Source of the DNA: a bacterium
Lineage (GTDB): Bacteria; UBA8248; JACPRG01; G963555815
DNA length: 64,000 nucleotides
NCBI GenBank assembly: GCA_963555815.3
Contig: CAUVWX020000001.1
Location: 512,001-576,000 of the forward strand
Reading direction: 5' to 3'
The notes below the pieces were generated by a model, which was given only the letters and a program-made list of their open reading frames with translations, made no database searches and was not told the DNA's origin. The position numbers were made by a program, and so were the translations under genes. Of the stretch, positions 30,649 through 39,740 are shown in pieces (the first letter of the stretch is position 1; each line of letters begins with the position of its first letter).

Positions 30649-31739
30649 GACCCAATCCCCTTCTTTGCCCCACTGGGGTCCACCGCGGTCTCTTCCTTAC
30701 CCACGGCTTCGCCCAAGACGCCTTCCGCGGCCCCGGCGACCTCCCCCTTACATTGATGATACGCGTGGGAGCGCAACAGGAAGATGAAGCCTCCGAGAAG
30801 GCTGATGAACCCGCCTACGAGAAAGCCGAGAAAGGCGAGGAGGATGGCAGCCTCCGCCTCGATCCCCACCCGAGTAAGGAAGAAGACAAAGGCCCCCTCA
30901 CGGACCCCGATCCCGGCCACAGAAAGAGGGATGACCGTCGCCGTGATCATCAGGGGCCCGACGAAGAGGATGTCCAAGGGCCTGACCGGGGCTTGCACCG
31001 AAAGGGCCGTCCCGTAATACATGAGCGTGGTCCCAAGGTGGACCAGAATAGCGAGCCCGACCGCCTGAACAATGAGGACCCGGTGGCGACGATAGATGGT
31101 GATGGTTTCGACGAAACGGCCCATCTTCTCCGCCCATCCTCCCGATTTCCACCTCCTGATGTCGACGAGTCGGCCAAAGAGCCCGGGAAAAAGGAGGAGG
31201 ATCAGGGACAGGGAGAGGGGAACACAAAAGATGAGGAGAAGGGAGAAGACCCCTTGCCTTCCAACAAACCTGGCGCCAGCAAATGAGGTGACTGCCACCA
31301 AAAAGGAGAGAGAGAACAGCCCGATCACCTTGTCTACCAATGTGACTGAAACCGAGGCCGCCGTTCGGCCGGAATACTTGGCCATGTCATACGTCCGATA
31401 GACGTCAAGGCCGATGGTGCTCGGCGTGAAGGTGCCGAAGAAACGGCCTTCGAGGAAGGAAGAGATGAGAACTTTTAAAGGGACGGCGAGATCCTGTCCC
31501 TTCAGAAGCAATCGCCACCGAAGGATGCTCGAGAATACCCCTCCCGCCTTGAAGAAGAGCGCCAGGAGGAGCCAGGCGGGGGCCATATCCCGGACGACGA
31601 CCCAAAGTCGATCAAAATCCACCTGCCAAAGGAGGGTGAGGATGAGCAGGACGCTCACCCCGACCTTCAAAAGGGTCCCCCAACCCCCTCGAAGGGCGTG
31701 GGAGACTCTTGTCACCAGACCTGCCATCTCAGTCCTCAT
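30645..31739 (-). CDS. lysylphosphatidylglycerol-synthase TM domain / flippase-like membrane protein (UPF0104)
   Basis: RWRLLL, PSTIGLD and P.SVAGIGVREG motifs; multiple TM helices. Confidence 0.82.
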   Translation of the reverse strand: MRTEMAGLVTRVSHALRGGWGTLLKVGVSVLLILTLLWQVDFDRLWVVVRDMAPAWLLLALFFKAGGVFSSILRWRLLLKGQDLAVPLKVLISSFLEGRFFGTFTPSTIGLDVYRTYDMAKYSGRTAASVSVTLVDKVIGLFSLSFLVAVTSFAGARFVGRQGVFSLLLIFCVPLSLSLILLLFPGLFGRLVDIRRWKSGGWAEKMGRFVETITIYRRHRVLIVQAVGLAILVHLGTTLMYYGTALSVQAPVRPLDILFVGPLMITATVIPLSVAGIGVREGAFVFFLTRVGIEAEAAILLAFLGFLVGGFISLLGGFIFLLRSHAYHQCKGEVAGAAEGVLGEAVGKEETAVDPSGAKKGIGS

Positions 31740-33405
31740 ACCCCAGGGCCCGAAGGCGCTTCTCGATGGCGGAGGCCTCCTCGGGGAGATAGCCCTCAGA
31801 GGGAGTACCCTCAGGCGGCCGTGGACTTTCAGGAGCGCTCACCTCTTGGCCCCTCTTCTTGGGCTGAAAGTCCGCCTCAAAGATCTCAGACAAAGGCTTT
31901 CCGTCCATCTCTTTTGGGACGGAGAGGCCGAGACTATAGAGGATGGTGGGGGTGATGTCAGCGATGTGGGAGCCAGTGACCGGCCGGCCCGAGGCCACGT
32001 GAGGCCCATGAGCCAGGAAGATCCCGTCGGGGCGGTGAAAGCCGTTTGGCACCTGGGCGCTCGACCGGATGACCTCTCGGCCCCCAAACATCGGCCGACC
32101 AAGGTAGCTGTAATTTCGGGCGACGAAGAACAGGTCCGGGGCGTAGGGGGTTTCGGGCCCGTGGTAGACCTCTTCTCGATACTGCACCGCGTCCACGATC
32201 CGCTCCCCTGTCGCCGGGTCCTTCAGGGCCAGCAACGAATCGCGAAGCCGCGCGCGCAGGGCCTCGTAGGCCTCCCCCGGGGGGACGATCCCCGCTCCGT
32301 CCCGCACCACATTAATGTAGATCCCTTGAGCTGGAATGCTGGGAAAAAAGGCCTGGGTCCGATCCCAGTCCAGGGTGACCTGAACGTCGGTCCGAAAGGC
32401 GGACTTGGTCTGACGCACCCGCTTTCGGGCAAGGGCCTGAAGGGACTGCGGGATAAGGCGTTTTAGCCAGCCCACCTCGTTCAGCCCCACGGCGTGGTAG
32501 AAGAGGCGCTGCTGCAGGGCCACCCGGCCCCTCATCTTGAGGAGACCCTGCTGCTCCAGCCAGGTGCTCACGTTGATCCAGGCCTGGGTGGGTCCAAAAC
32601 CGTGGTCAGACATGACAAGAAGAAGGGTATCAGAGGAAAGCCGCTCCACGAGGCGCCCGATAAAATCATCCATCAGACGATAGCAGTCAATGACCAAGCC
32701 TCGAAGCCGACGGGCGATTTCGCTCCTGTAGAGTTCGGTCTCAGGGTCCAGATATTTCCAGAAGACGTGCTGGAGCCGGTCGGGCAAGATGAAGACCCCC
32801 ATGAAGAAATCCCAGGGGCGGCTCTCCATAAGGTGGAAGAAAAGTTTCTGCCGCTGGGAGAAGCTTTTCCGTATCAGGTCCAGGTATGCCAGGGCGTCCT
32901 CGTAGCGCTCGGCGTCGTACTTGGGCAGGTCGATATCCGGCAGGTAGTCTCCGATCTCCCGATGGATCTCCTCCTTGAGCTCCGGGGGATAGGTATAGTT
33001 CGCCTCCGGCCCCGGTGTCATCATCCCCGAGACCATGCACCCGTCCACCGCTTCGGGTGGATAGGTCATGGGGACATTGAGGATGATGGTCTTCTTTCCG
33101 ACCCCATTCAGGAGCTGCCAGAGCCGGGGGGCGCGGATAGAGGATAGACTCAGAAGGGGGCGGTCGGGATGACGGAGGGGAGAATCTCGAAAATCGAAGA
33201 CCCCGTGTTTCCCCGGGTTTACTCCCGTAATGCATGTGGACCAGGCCGTCGGTGTCACCGGTGGAACGGTGGAGGCGAGGACCCCAGAGGCTCCCCGCCT
33301 TTGGAGGTTCGCAAGATGGGGAAGCGTTCCATCCTCCATCCAGGGGCGAAGGAGATAGAAGGTGGCCCCGTCAAGACCCAGGAGGACGACCTTGGAGATG
33401 GACAT
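31729..33405 (-). CDS. alkaline-phosphatase-superfamily / nucleotide pyrophosphatase-phosphodiesterase
   Basis: LGLDGAT, PPVTPTAW, DRLQH, SDHGFG, GFHRPDG; ends LRALGYED. Confidence 0.88.
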   Translation of the reverse strand: MSISKVVLLGLDGATFYLLRPWMEDGTLPHLANLQRRGASGVLASTVPPVTPTAWSTCITGVNPGKHGVFDFRDSPLRHPDRPLLSLSSIRAPRLWQLLNGVGKKTIILNVPMTYPPEAVDGCMVSGMMTPGPEANYTYPPELKEEIHREIGDYLPDIDLPKYDAERYEDALAYLDLIRKSFSQRQKLFFHLMESRPWDFFMGVFILPDRLQHVFWKYLDPETELYRSEIARRLRGLVIDCYRLMDDFIGRLVERLSSDTLLLVMSDHGFGPTQAWINVSTWLEQQGLLKMRGRVALQQRLFYHAVGLNEVGWLKRLIPQSLQALARKRVRQTKSAFRTDVQVTLDWDRTQAFFPSIPAQGIYINVVRDGAGIVPPGEAYEALRARLRDSLLALKDPATGERIVDAVQYREEVYHGPETPYAPDLFFVARNYSYLGRPMFGGREVIRSSAQVPNGFHRPDGIFLAHGPHVASGRPVTGSHIADITPTILYSLGLSVPKEMDGKPLSEIFEADFQPKKRGQEVSAPESPRPPEGTPSEGYLPEEASAIEKRLRALGYED

Positions 33406-33486
33406 TCCTACTCACACCCTCTCAAACTAAAAACCCGCCCACGACCACGGGCCAAAGGTGGGCCCATTTCTTAACTGGAGCCAATA

Positions 33487-33538
33487 CGAGCTCTTTAACC
33501 CTCATTCAACGTATCCGAGAGCCCTCAGACGCTCCTGC
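33487..33538. repeat. 52-bp direct repeat, copy 1 (3' end of sulfatase-like gene)
   Basis: cgagctctttaaccctcattcaacgtatccgagagccctcagacgctcctgc; 50/52 identical to 35621-35672. Confidence 0.95.
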
Positions 33539-35598
33539 AGTTCTGGGTCCACTTCAACGGGCTCCAGGTTTTCAGAGTACCGGGGGTCATTCTCGACCAA
33601 TGTGATGAAATGTTCCAGTAGTGACTCCATTTCTTCCGCTATCTTTTTTTCAGAGCCGTAGATGTTTTCTTGCTCGTTCGGATCCAATTGAAGATCGAAA
33701 AGAAATCTCTCCTGCTCCGTCTCAGGCTTTTCCTGATTGATAAATTTATATCGCCCACGAACCAAAAACCGGTGAGAACTAAGCTCGCGGCCAGGGGGCT
33801 CGCGTGAGATTTCTCCATAGATGGCCGCACTGCTCTCCTCTCCATATACGAGCGGCAACAGGCTTCTTCCCTGGAAATCCCCTAGGCCCGGAAGACCGAG
33901 GAGCTCCATGAGTGTCGGCATTAGATCCACCTGGGATCCCGACCCCTCCACCTCAAGTCCCGCGGGCAAGCTGCCGGGGTACCATAAAATGAGAGGCACC
34001 CTGAGCACTTCCTCAAAGACAGTGCCTCCATGGCCAAACCCCCGATGCTCGTAGAATTCCTCTCCATGGTCAGAAACAAAGACAATCAATGTGTTATCCA
34101 AAAACCCCCTTTCCTCTAGATTCGAGAAAAGGAATTGGAAGTTGTCATCAAAGTAACGGGTCTCTCCGTCGTATTGCGCCTGAAGGTTATGTAATTCCGC
34201 ATCCGGCAATTCCGGCGTGGTTCCATCTTCAGACGGATCCGGATGCCAAGTCAGACGCTCACCCGGATAACGGGGATCGAACAAGCGATCGTAGGGTTCA
34301 GGGGGTTCATAAGGAGCGTGGGGATCTAAGTAGTGCAAATAGACAAAGAATTTCGTCCTCTGGCCATCATAGTTTTCCACAAATGTCACATAATCGACGT
34401 AGTTCAAGACTCCACGTGTAAACTTGTCCGCACGAGGATTGCGATTTTCTATCTCCTCTCGGTTATCATTCCCGTCTCCATCAACCTCCTGAATTAGACG
34501 AAATGCCCTGCGGAGGAGGTGGCTTTTCTTCCTATCAACGATGAAAAGGCTGGTTACAACCCTATCGGACAAAGAAACAAATTTCTTCCAAACGAGAATG
34601 CGTGGCAAAAAAACGAACTTTTTCCAGACGAAAACATTCTCTAGCGACGGTTCACTGGCGAGGATCAGGGAAGGATATATCGGCGGATTTGGAACACTAG
34701 ATCTCTGGTGGTTTCGCCTGAAGGGATTCCACATCGGGTTGTGATAGTCGCATCCTACAAGCAGGCCACTGCTTTCAGTAATCAATGGGTTCGCGATAAA
34801 CGCAGCTGTGTTGTATCCGCGTCCGCGCAGAATCTCACAAAGCGCCTTAACCGGTGCCTTCTTTTGGAATGACGTTCCGTTTATTCCATGGACTGAGGGA
34901 AATACACCGGTCAAAATCGTTGCCGTCGCCGGCGGAGTCCAACTCGCGTTCGCATAGAAATTCGTAAATTTCACCCCCTCTCCCGCGAGCCTTGAAATAA
35001 AAGGGGACGTCTCCCTGGAATAGCCGTATGTGAAGAGCCGATCGGCCCGCAACGTATCCACAAGCACCAGGAGCACATTTGGAAGTGAGCGGTCTTCGTT
35101 CCGGACCTCGCGGAGACTTTTTAGAGAATAAAATGGCCGTGCAAATTCGTAGGAAAGAAAGGCTAGCATGGAAACGGTGACACCCAGCGCAAACATGCGG
35201 GCCAGTCGCCTGGGTGTATATATCAGTCCGAACCAAAGGGCCGTGGCGATCACGATGGCCGCAGGGATCGTGAAGATGAGTCTTCGGCCGATAAAAATGG
35301 TGAACGCCAACGCGAGGAACACAACGAGGTGGAATAAAAACGTGTTTCGGCCCTGCGCCCGGCGGTCGCGATCTCCCAAAAGGCGCGAATACAGGAGAAA
35401 ATGGCCCGCTGAGACTGGGAGAATCATCAAGGAGTTCAAAATGATGGCGGAGATCAGGAGATCCAAAAGATCGATCGCCGCGAAGGGATTGATCTCAGGT
35501 CTTTGGAAGGCCAGGAGGGCCGTTTCAAATACGCCCAGGCCTGCTGAGACCGCCAGCCATCCCAAAAAATCTCGCCGAAGTAGGGACCAGCGGTTCAT
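33502..35598 (-). CDS. membrane-anchored sulfatase-like hydrolase/transferase
   Basis: About 5 N-terminal TM helices, then PNVLLVLVDTLRAD, ASWTPPA, DPHAPY, SDHGEEF.EH...HG; ends LRALGYVE. Confidence 0.88.
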   Translation of the reverse strand: MNRWSLLRRDFLGWLAVSAGLGVFETALLAFQRPEINPFAAIDLLDLLISAIILNSLMILPVSAGHFLLYSRLLGDRDRRAQGRNTFLFHLVVFLALAFTIFIGRRLIFTIPAAIVIATALWFGLIYTPRRLARMFALGVTVSMLAFLSYEFARPFYSLKSLREVRNEDRSLPNVLLVLVDTLRADRLFTYGYSRETSPFISRLAGEGVKFTNFYANASWTPPATATILTGVFPSVHGINGTSFQKKAPVKALCEILRGRGYNTAAFIANPLITESSGLLVGCDYHNPMWNPFRRNHQRSSVPNPPIYPSLILASEPSLENVFVWKKFVFLPRILVWKKFVSLSDRVVTSLFIVDRKKSHLLRRAFRLIQEVDGDGNDNREEIENRNPRADKFTRGVLNYVDYVTFVENYDGQRTKFFVYLHYLDPHAPYEPPEPYDRLFDPRYPGERLTWHPDPSEDGTTPELPDAELHNLQAQYDGETRYFDDNFQFLFSNLEERGFLDNTLIVFVSDHGEEFYEHRGFGHGGTVFEEVLRVPLILWYPGSLPAGLEVEGSGSQVDLMPTLMELLGLPGLGDFQGRSLLPLVYGEESSAAIYGEISREPPGRELSSHRFLVRGRYKFINQEKPETEQERFLFDLQLDPNEQENIYGSEKKIAEEMESLLEHFITLVENDPRYSENLEPVEVDPELQERLRALGYVE

Positions 35599-35620
35599 AC
35601 TGTGTGCACCAAGCTCGAGT

Positions 35621-35672
35621 CGAGCCCTTTAACCCTCATTCAACGTATCCGAGAGCCTTCAGACGCTCCTGC
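35621..35672. repeat. 52-bp direct repeat, copy 2 (upstream of sulfatase-like gene)
   Basis: cgagccctttaaccctcattcaacgtatccgagagccttcagacgctcctgc. Confidence 0.95.
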
Positions 35673-35779
35673 GGTATCGTCGGCGGGGCCGTGGAGGCGA
35701 GCAGGCTTTCCAGGTCAGGTGCCCCAACAACCGCCGGCCCGGCTGCCACATCCACTTCGGTGCGGAGGATGAAATGCAC
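35636..35779 (-). CDS. 47-aa ORF ending QERLKALGYVE (small protein or gene remnant)
   Basis: GTG directly after the gcvH stop, with AGGAGG inside the gcvH 3' end: MHFILRTEVDVAAGPAVVGAPDLESLLASTAPPTIPQERLKALGYVE*. Confidence 0.45.
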   Translation of the reverse strand: MHFILRTEVDVAAGPAVVGAPDLESLLASTAPPTIPQERLKALGYVE

Positions 35780-36169
35780 TTAGCCGCCCTCCTCCTTAAC
35801 GTAGGCACCATAAGCCTCAGCGGAGAGCAGGCCATCCAGCTCGCCGAGGTCCGACATCTCAATGACAACCATCCAGCCATCCTCATAAGGGTCGGAGTTG
35901 ATCACCTCGGGCTGCTCTTCAAGAGCGGAATTGACCTGGGTCACCTTGCCCGAGACCGGGGCAAAAAGGTCGGAAACCGCTTTGACAGACTCCACCGTCC
36001 CAAAGGAATTGCTGGCTTCCATCTCAGCGCCCACCTTAGGAAGCTCCACGTGGACCACGTCCCCGAGCTCCGCCTGGGCGTGCTCCGTGATCCCCACCGT
36101 GGCGTGGCCCCCATCCACACGGACCCACTCGTGCTTCCTTGAGTACTTCAGCTCCTCAGGAAATTCCAT
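35780..36169 (-). CDS. gcvH: glycine cleavage system H protein
   Basis: HEWV, lipoyl-lysine motif ESVKAVSD, NSDPY. Confidence 0.95.
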   Translation of the reverse strand: MEFPEELKYSRKHEWVRVDGGHATVGITEHAQAELGDVVHVELPKVGAEMEASNSFGTVESVKAVSDLFAPVSGKVTQVNSALEEQPEVINSDPYEDGWMVVIEMSDLGELDGLLSAEAYGAYVKEEGG

Positions 36170-36505
36170 CGCCACGCTAGACTCCTCCCTACTCATTCAT
36201 CCCCGAAGCCACTGAGGAACAAATGGGCCCTATCTTTTCCCAGATGCCCGTCATTCGCGCCTGTCGTCGAGAACTCTGAATACCAAGATGCCAGAGAGCC
36301 TCGACCCGCGCAAGACTGAATTGGAAGGGGGCGATTGAAGGCTTCCTATTGGCTACTCGACTGCAGCATCCTCTGTATGGCAAAGGATCTGTCTATGTGT
36401 TTCCAGGATTTGATGCGGAAGGAGCGAGTGAAGGGCCCCCCCGATGTGAGGACCCTCGGAAAAGTCTGCGAACCCTAGTGCGGTCTTGGGCGGGATTTTA
36501 GTCTT

Positions 36506-37618
36506 TCAGGCCTTCACTTCTTCCCGTACGCTGAAGCGCTCCTCCAGCTGGCCCAGGCGTTCTACGACCCCTGTGTACTCGAGCTCATTCATCCCCAGCA
36601 TGGCGGGGCCTGAGAAGCCCTGGCGGCGGACCTCGACGGCCTTCTTAGAGATCTCCGCCCGGATGTGGTCCCAGAAGGGGTGATCGAAGGCGTCGGCTGG
36701 CTCAGTGAGGCGCCCCTCGTGAACGCAGAAGGCGAGGCAGCTCACGCCCGGAGGCCCGTCGAAGAAGGACATGGGGCTCCCGTAGTGAACCGGCATGAGG
36801 GGCATGTTGTGGCTTCCCCGCATGCAGCCTGCCACCAAGTGGCCGATGCTGTAGGGAGCAAGGAGCTCCCCTGTGGCGGGAAAACTGCCCTGGGAGCGGA
36901 TCAGCATGACAGGGTCATCTTTTCCGGTATAGGTCCCCGCAATATTGTGGAGTCGCGATGTGCTCACTACCGCAGCTATCTCCCCATCCAGGCGGGAGTG
37001 GACCGACTCCACCACGAACCGCGAGTTGTCCCGAAGGAGGGTGGCGATGTCGTAGAGTTCCTCTGGGGCGTTGAGCTCAATGACGCGGTCCTCCTCGGAG
37101 GAAGCCACGTCCATGATGGTTAACTTAAAGCCCTCCTTCATCTTCGGGCTCAGTATCAGGCCGGGACACCACATGGGGTCCAAAAAGGAGAGATAGACCG
37201 GGAGGTTATAGGCCCCCGGGTCCGTCTTGTCGGCCTGAAAGAAGAGGAAGGGCTCATTGGGGCGCTCCTCGAAGGTCATCTCTGCAACAGCGGGCCCCAG
37301 CCCCCGGACATTCCCCGAGAAGGCGTCCTTCAGAAGATCCTGACCCGCGCCGTAGAGCCCCTGAGATTTGGCCACTTCCGTCCCGGCCTTGAAGGCGTCC
37401 CAGGCGAGTTTATGGATGGCCTCATCGCCCGTCCCTCGAGTGTGGCTGAGGAGGATGCCGATGTCGTCTCCCGTCGCCCCCACATAGCTATCGATGGCGA
37501 TGGCGGGCCCTTCTCGCGAGACAAAGTCCCGCACCGTTTCAAGCAGTCGTTTACTCGGGCGGATATGCCCGCCCACACTTCCGATGTCCGCCTTAAGGAC
37601 ACTTAACGTAATCTCCAT
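36506..37618 (-). CDS. fbp: bifunctional fructose-1,6-bisphosphate aldolase/phosphatase (class V FBPase)
   Basis: KADIGS.GGH, YGAGQDLL, YTGKDDP and RGSH motifs. Confidence 0.93.
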   Translation of the reverse strand: MEITLSVLKADIGSVGGHIRPSKRLLETVRDFVSREGPAIAIDSYVGATGDDIGILLSHTRGTGDEAIHKLAWDAFKAGTEVAKSQGLYGAGQDLLKDAFSGNVRGLGPAVAEMTFEERPNEPFLFFQADKTDPGAYNLPVYLSFLDPMWCPGLILSPKMKEGFKLTIMDVASSEEDRVIELNAPEELYDIATLLRDNSRFVVESVHSRLDGEIAAVVSTSRLHNIAGTYTGKDDPVMLIRSQGSFPATGELLAPYSIGHLVAGCMRGSHNMPLMPVHYGSPMSFFDGPPGVSCLAFCVHEGRLTEPADAFDHPFWDHIRAEISKKAVEVRRQGFSGPAMLGMNELEYTGVVERLGQLEERFSVREEVKA

Positions 37619-37924
37619 TTCTTCTCCTCCTCACAGACGATAAAAGGCCGATATATTAAGAGAACAATAGATGCAAATGGATTGACCGAATGAAAAAACA
37701 ACTATCAGAAAAAGAGTGACGTCAGTATATCCCCCCTTCCAAAATTCGGCAAGATCTCTTTTTTTTCAGCCCGGATCACCCTTGAACCATCCCTTTCGAG
37801 AAACCTTCTATCCTCGTAAAACAACCCCCTTGGACGAGAGTCTGAAAGAGGTTAGACTGACTCCTGAAAGGAAAGACCCCTATGGGCGGACTGGGCCCTT
37901 GAGACCCTGAATGCCTTCGCTTGG

Positions 37925-38416
37925 ATGGAACCCAGGGGAATGTTGCTAAAGGTCCACCTCTTTGCAGCCATCATCTATATCGCCTCACTCTTCGCCATGG
38001 GTGTTCTGGCCATTCCCCTTCTTCGAAGGAAGGCCCCCGAGGAGTGTATGGCGCGGGTTGCCGGCATCCTCCGTTTTTATCACCCCTACGCCCTCTTCCT
38101 CCTTGGTCTCATGTTGATGACGGGGGCTTTTCTCCTGACGGATCTCAAGATCGCCATTGGGGCGAATTTCTTTACCATCACCTACAAATCCCTGAGTCTG
38201 AAACTTCTCCTCGTCTTTCTCATCATCTTTTTCAGCAGTCACCAGTTCTTTGGCGTTGGCCTCAAGCTCACCCGGGCCAATGCCCCTCTTGAGCTCCGCC
38301 AGTTCACCATGCCGATCGAGGAGCAAATGAAGGTGCTTCGGAGACTTCAGATCGGGACCTACCTCAATCTGGCCCTCGCCGTCGGCGCCTTCTATCTCGG
38401 CTGGACCATGCGCTGA
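37925..38416 (+). CDS. 4-TM membrane protein (CopD-like / unknown)
   Basis: Four hydrophobic segments; HLFAA; KLLLV. Confidence 0.6.
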   Translation: MEPRGMLLKVHLFAAIIYIASLFAMGVLAIPLLRRKAPEECMARVAGILRFYHPYALFLLGLMLMTGAFLLTDLKIAIGANFFTITYKSLSLKLLLVFLIIFFSSHQFFGVGLKLTRANAPLELRQFTMPIEEQMKVLRRLQIGTYLNLALAVGAFYLGWTMR

Positions 38417-38505
38417 GGATCTTTTAAGGGGGCACTCCGACCTTGGCGGCGCCCTCCTCCCTACAAAGGTTGTCCTGGATAGATCAGGGGCGAGCGTGAA
38501 GGCCC

Positions 38506-39345
38506 TCAGACGGAAACGGCTGCCAGGAACAGGATGAACCGCCCCATCAGCTCGCCTGTGAAGACCGTGAGGATGGCGATGTAGAAAAACCCCGTCGCAG
38601 TCCGGGTGGCGTGGATCCGAAGGCTATAGAAGATGACCAGGGCCACGAGGAGAGTCCCGAGGAGACCGAAGAGGGCTCGTCCCCAGAAGAAGACGCCCCA
38701 AGAGGAGAAGAGGGCGCCCTCCCCCCACACGGCGGCAAAGTGCCTCGGCTCAAACCCGAAGACGACGAAGGCAATCAGCGCAACCCCCTGGGCCACGAGA
38801 ACCGCCACAAGGAGCCAACTGAAACGGTGGATAAGCCTCAAGGGGAGGCTAGGGTCCACCAGATACCAGTGGCCAAAGAGCATCCCTGTGAAAACGGTCC
38901 CAAGGGCCAGAGCCGAGAGGAAGAAATTCACAGGCAAGAGACCCGCCTGAAGGCTCGACATATCGACAGTCCTGAAGACCGCCGAGCTGCTGAACAGCAC
39001 AAAGGCGCCACAGACGACGCTCAGGCCGAGGAGACCTCGGACCAGCCAGTCTCTCCAAGCGTAGAGAGATACGAGATGTAAGAAGACGAGAAGCAGATAA
39101 AGGGAAAGGCCCCCAAACTCCCGTCCCTCCCATGTGGCCCAGAGGCTCTGACTAAATAAAGAACCGAGACGGGTATACCCCTCTGGGGGGGGCTGAAGCC
39201 AGTAGCTGAAAAGGAGCATCCCGATAAAGATCCAGGTGCAGGTCTGAAAAAAACGTCGGCCGAGCGTCCGCAAGGGAACCAAGAGGAGGAGCGAGACGCC
39301 GCCGATGACGAGCTGGGCCAACACCAAACCAAAGAGACGACTCAA
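38506..39345 (-). CDS. multi-pass membrane protein of unknown function
   Basis: About 8 TM helices; GHWYL and ATGFFY motifs. Confidence 0.65.
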   Translation of the reverse strand: MSRLFGLVLAQLVIGGVSLLLLVPLRTLGRRFFQTCTWIFIGMLLFSYWLQPPPEGYTRLGSLFSQSLWATWEGREFGGLSLYLLLVFLHLVSLYAWRDWLVRGLLGLSVVCGAFVLFSSSAVFRTVDMSSLQAGLLPVNFFLSALALGTVFTGMLFGHWYLVDPSLPLRLIHRFSWLLVAVLVAQGVALIAFVVFGFEPRHFAAVWGEGALFSSWGVFFWGRALFGLLGTLLVALVIFYSLRIHATRTATGFFYIAILTVFTGELMGRFILFLAAVSV

Positions 39346-39530
39346 TGGGAAGACTCCTTCCAGAACTCCTGGGTGGCAGGCTAGGAGTTCTCCCTAAAGA
39401 TGTCAACGGGAATTGAGGGCCTCTTAAAGGCGGGCTCGAGAGGTTTTTTCAGCAACAATATTCCTTCACCCACCAGTTTTGGTTTGGCTTTTCGAAAAAA
39501 TTCTCAGCAATTCTCGGCAATCAAGAAAAG

Positions 39531-39581
39531 AGTTGACAAGAGTTGACAAGAGTTGACAAAGGAGGAAGAAAATAATACATT
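39531..39581 (+). promoter_or_regulatory. sigma70 promoter of csp with triplicated -35 box
   Basis: AGTTGACAAG AGTTGACAAG AGTTGACAAA; the last TTGACA is 17 bp from TACATT (39576-39581). Confidence 0.7.
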
Positions 39582-39636
39582 TTTACTGCCAGTTGTCAGG
39601 GTGCTGTTGACAGGCCGTCCGCATGGGAAGTGTGCC

Positions 39637-39668
39637 GCGAGCCTCAGACACGGGGTTTGCTTTTTTTT
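39637..39668 (+). terminator. intrinsic-terminator-like hairpin in csp 5' leader
   Basis: GCGAGCCUC-agacac-GGGGUUUGC followed by U8. Confidence 0.55.
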
Positions 39669-39740
39669 ATGCCGGACCCGAAGACGCGCCGTGACAAGAG
39701 GAAACTCCTGGCCACAGGAAGAGAGGAGGTGATGAGAGGA

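Noticed and set aside
36200..36500. Glycine riboswitch upstream of gcvH
   Set aside because: No GGAGA / CCGAAG / CUCUCAGG aptamer core was found on the minus strand.
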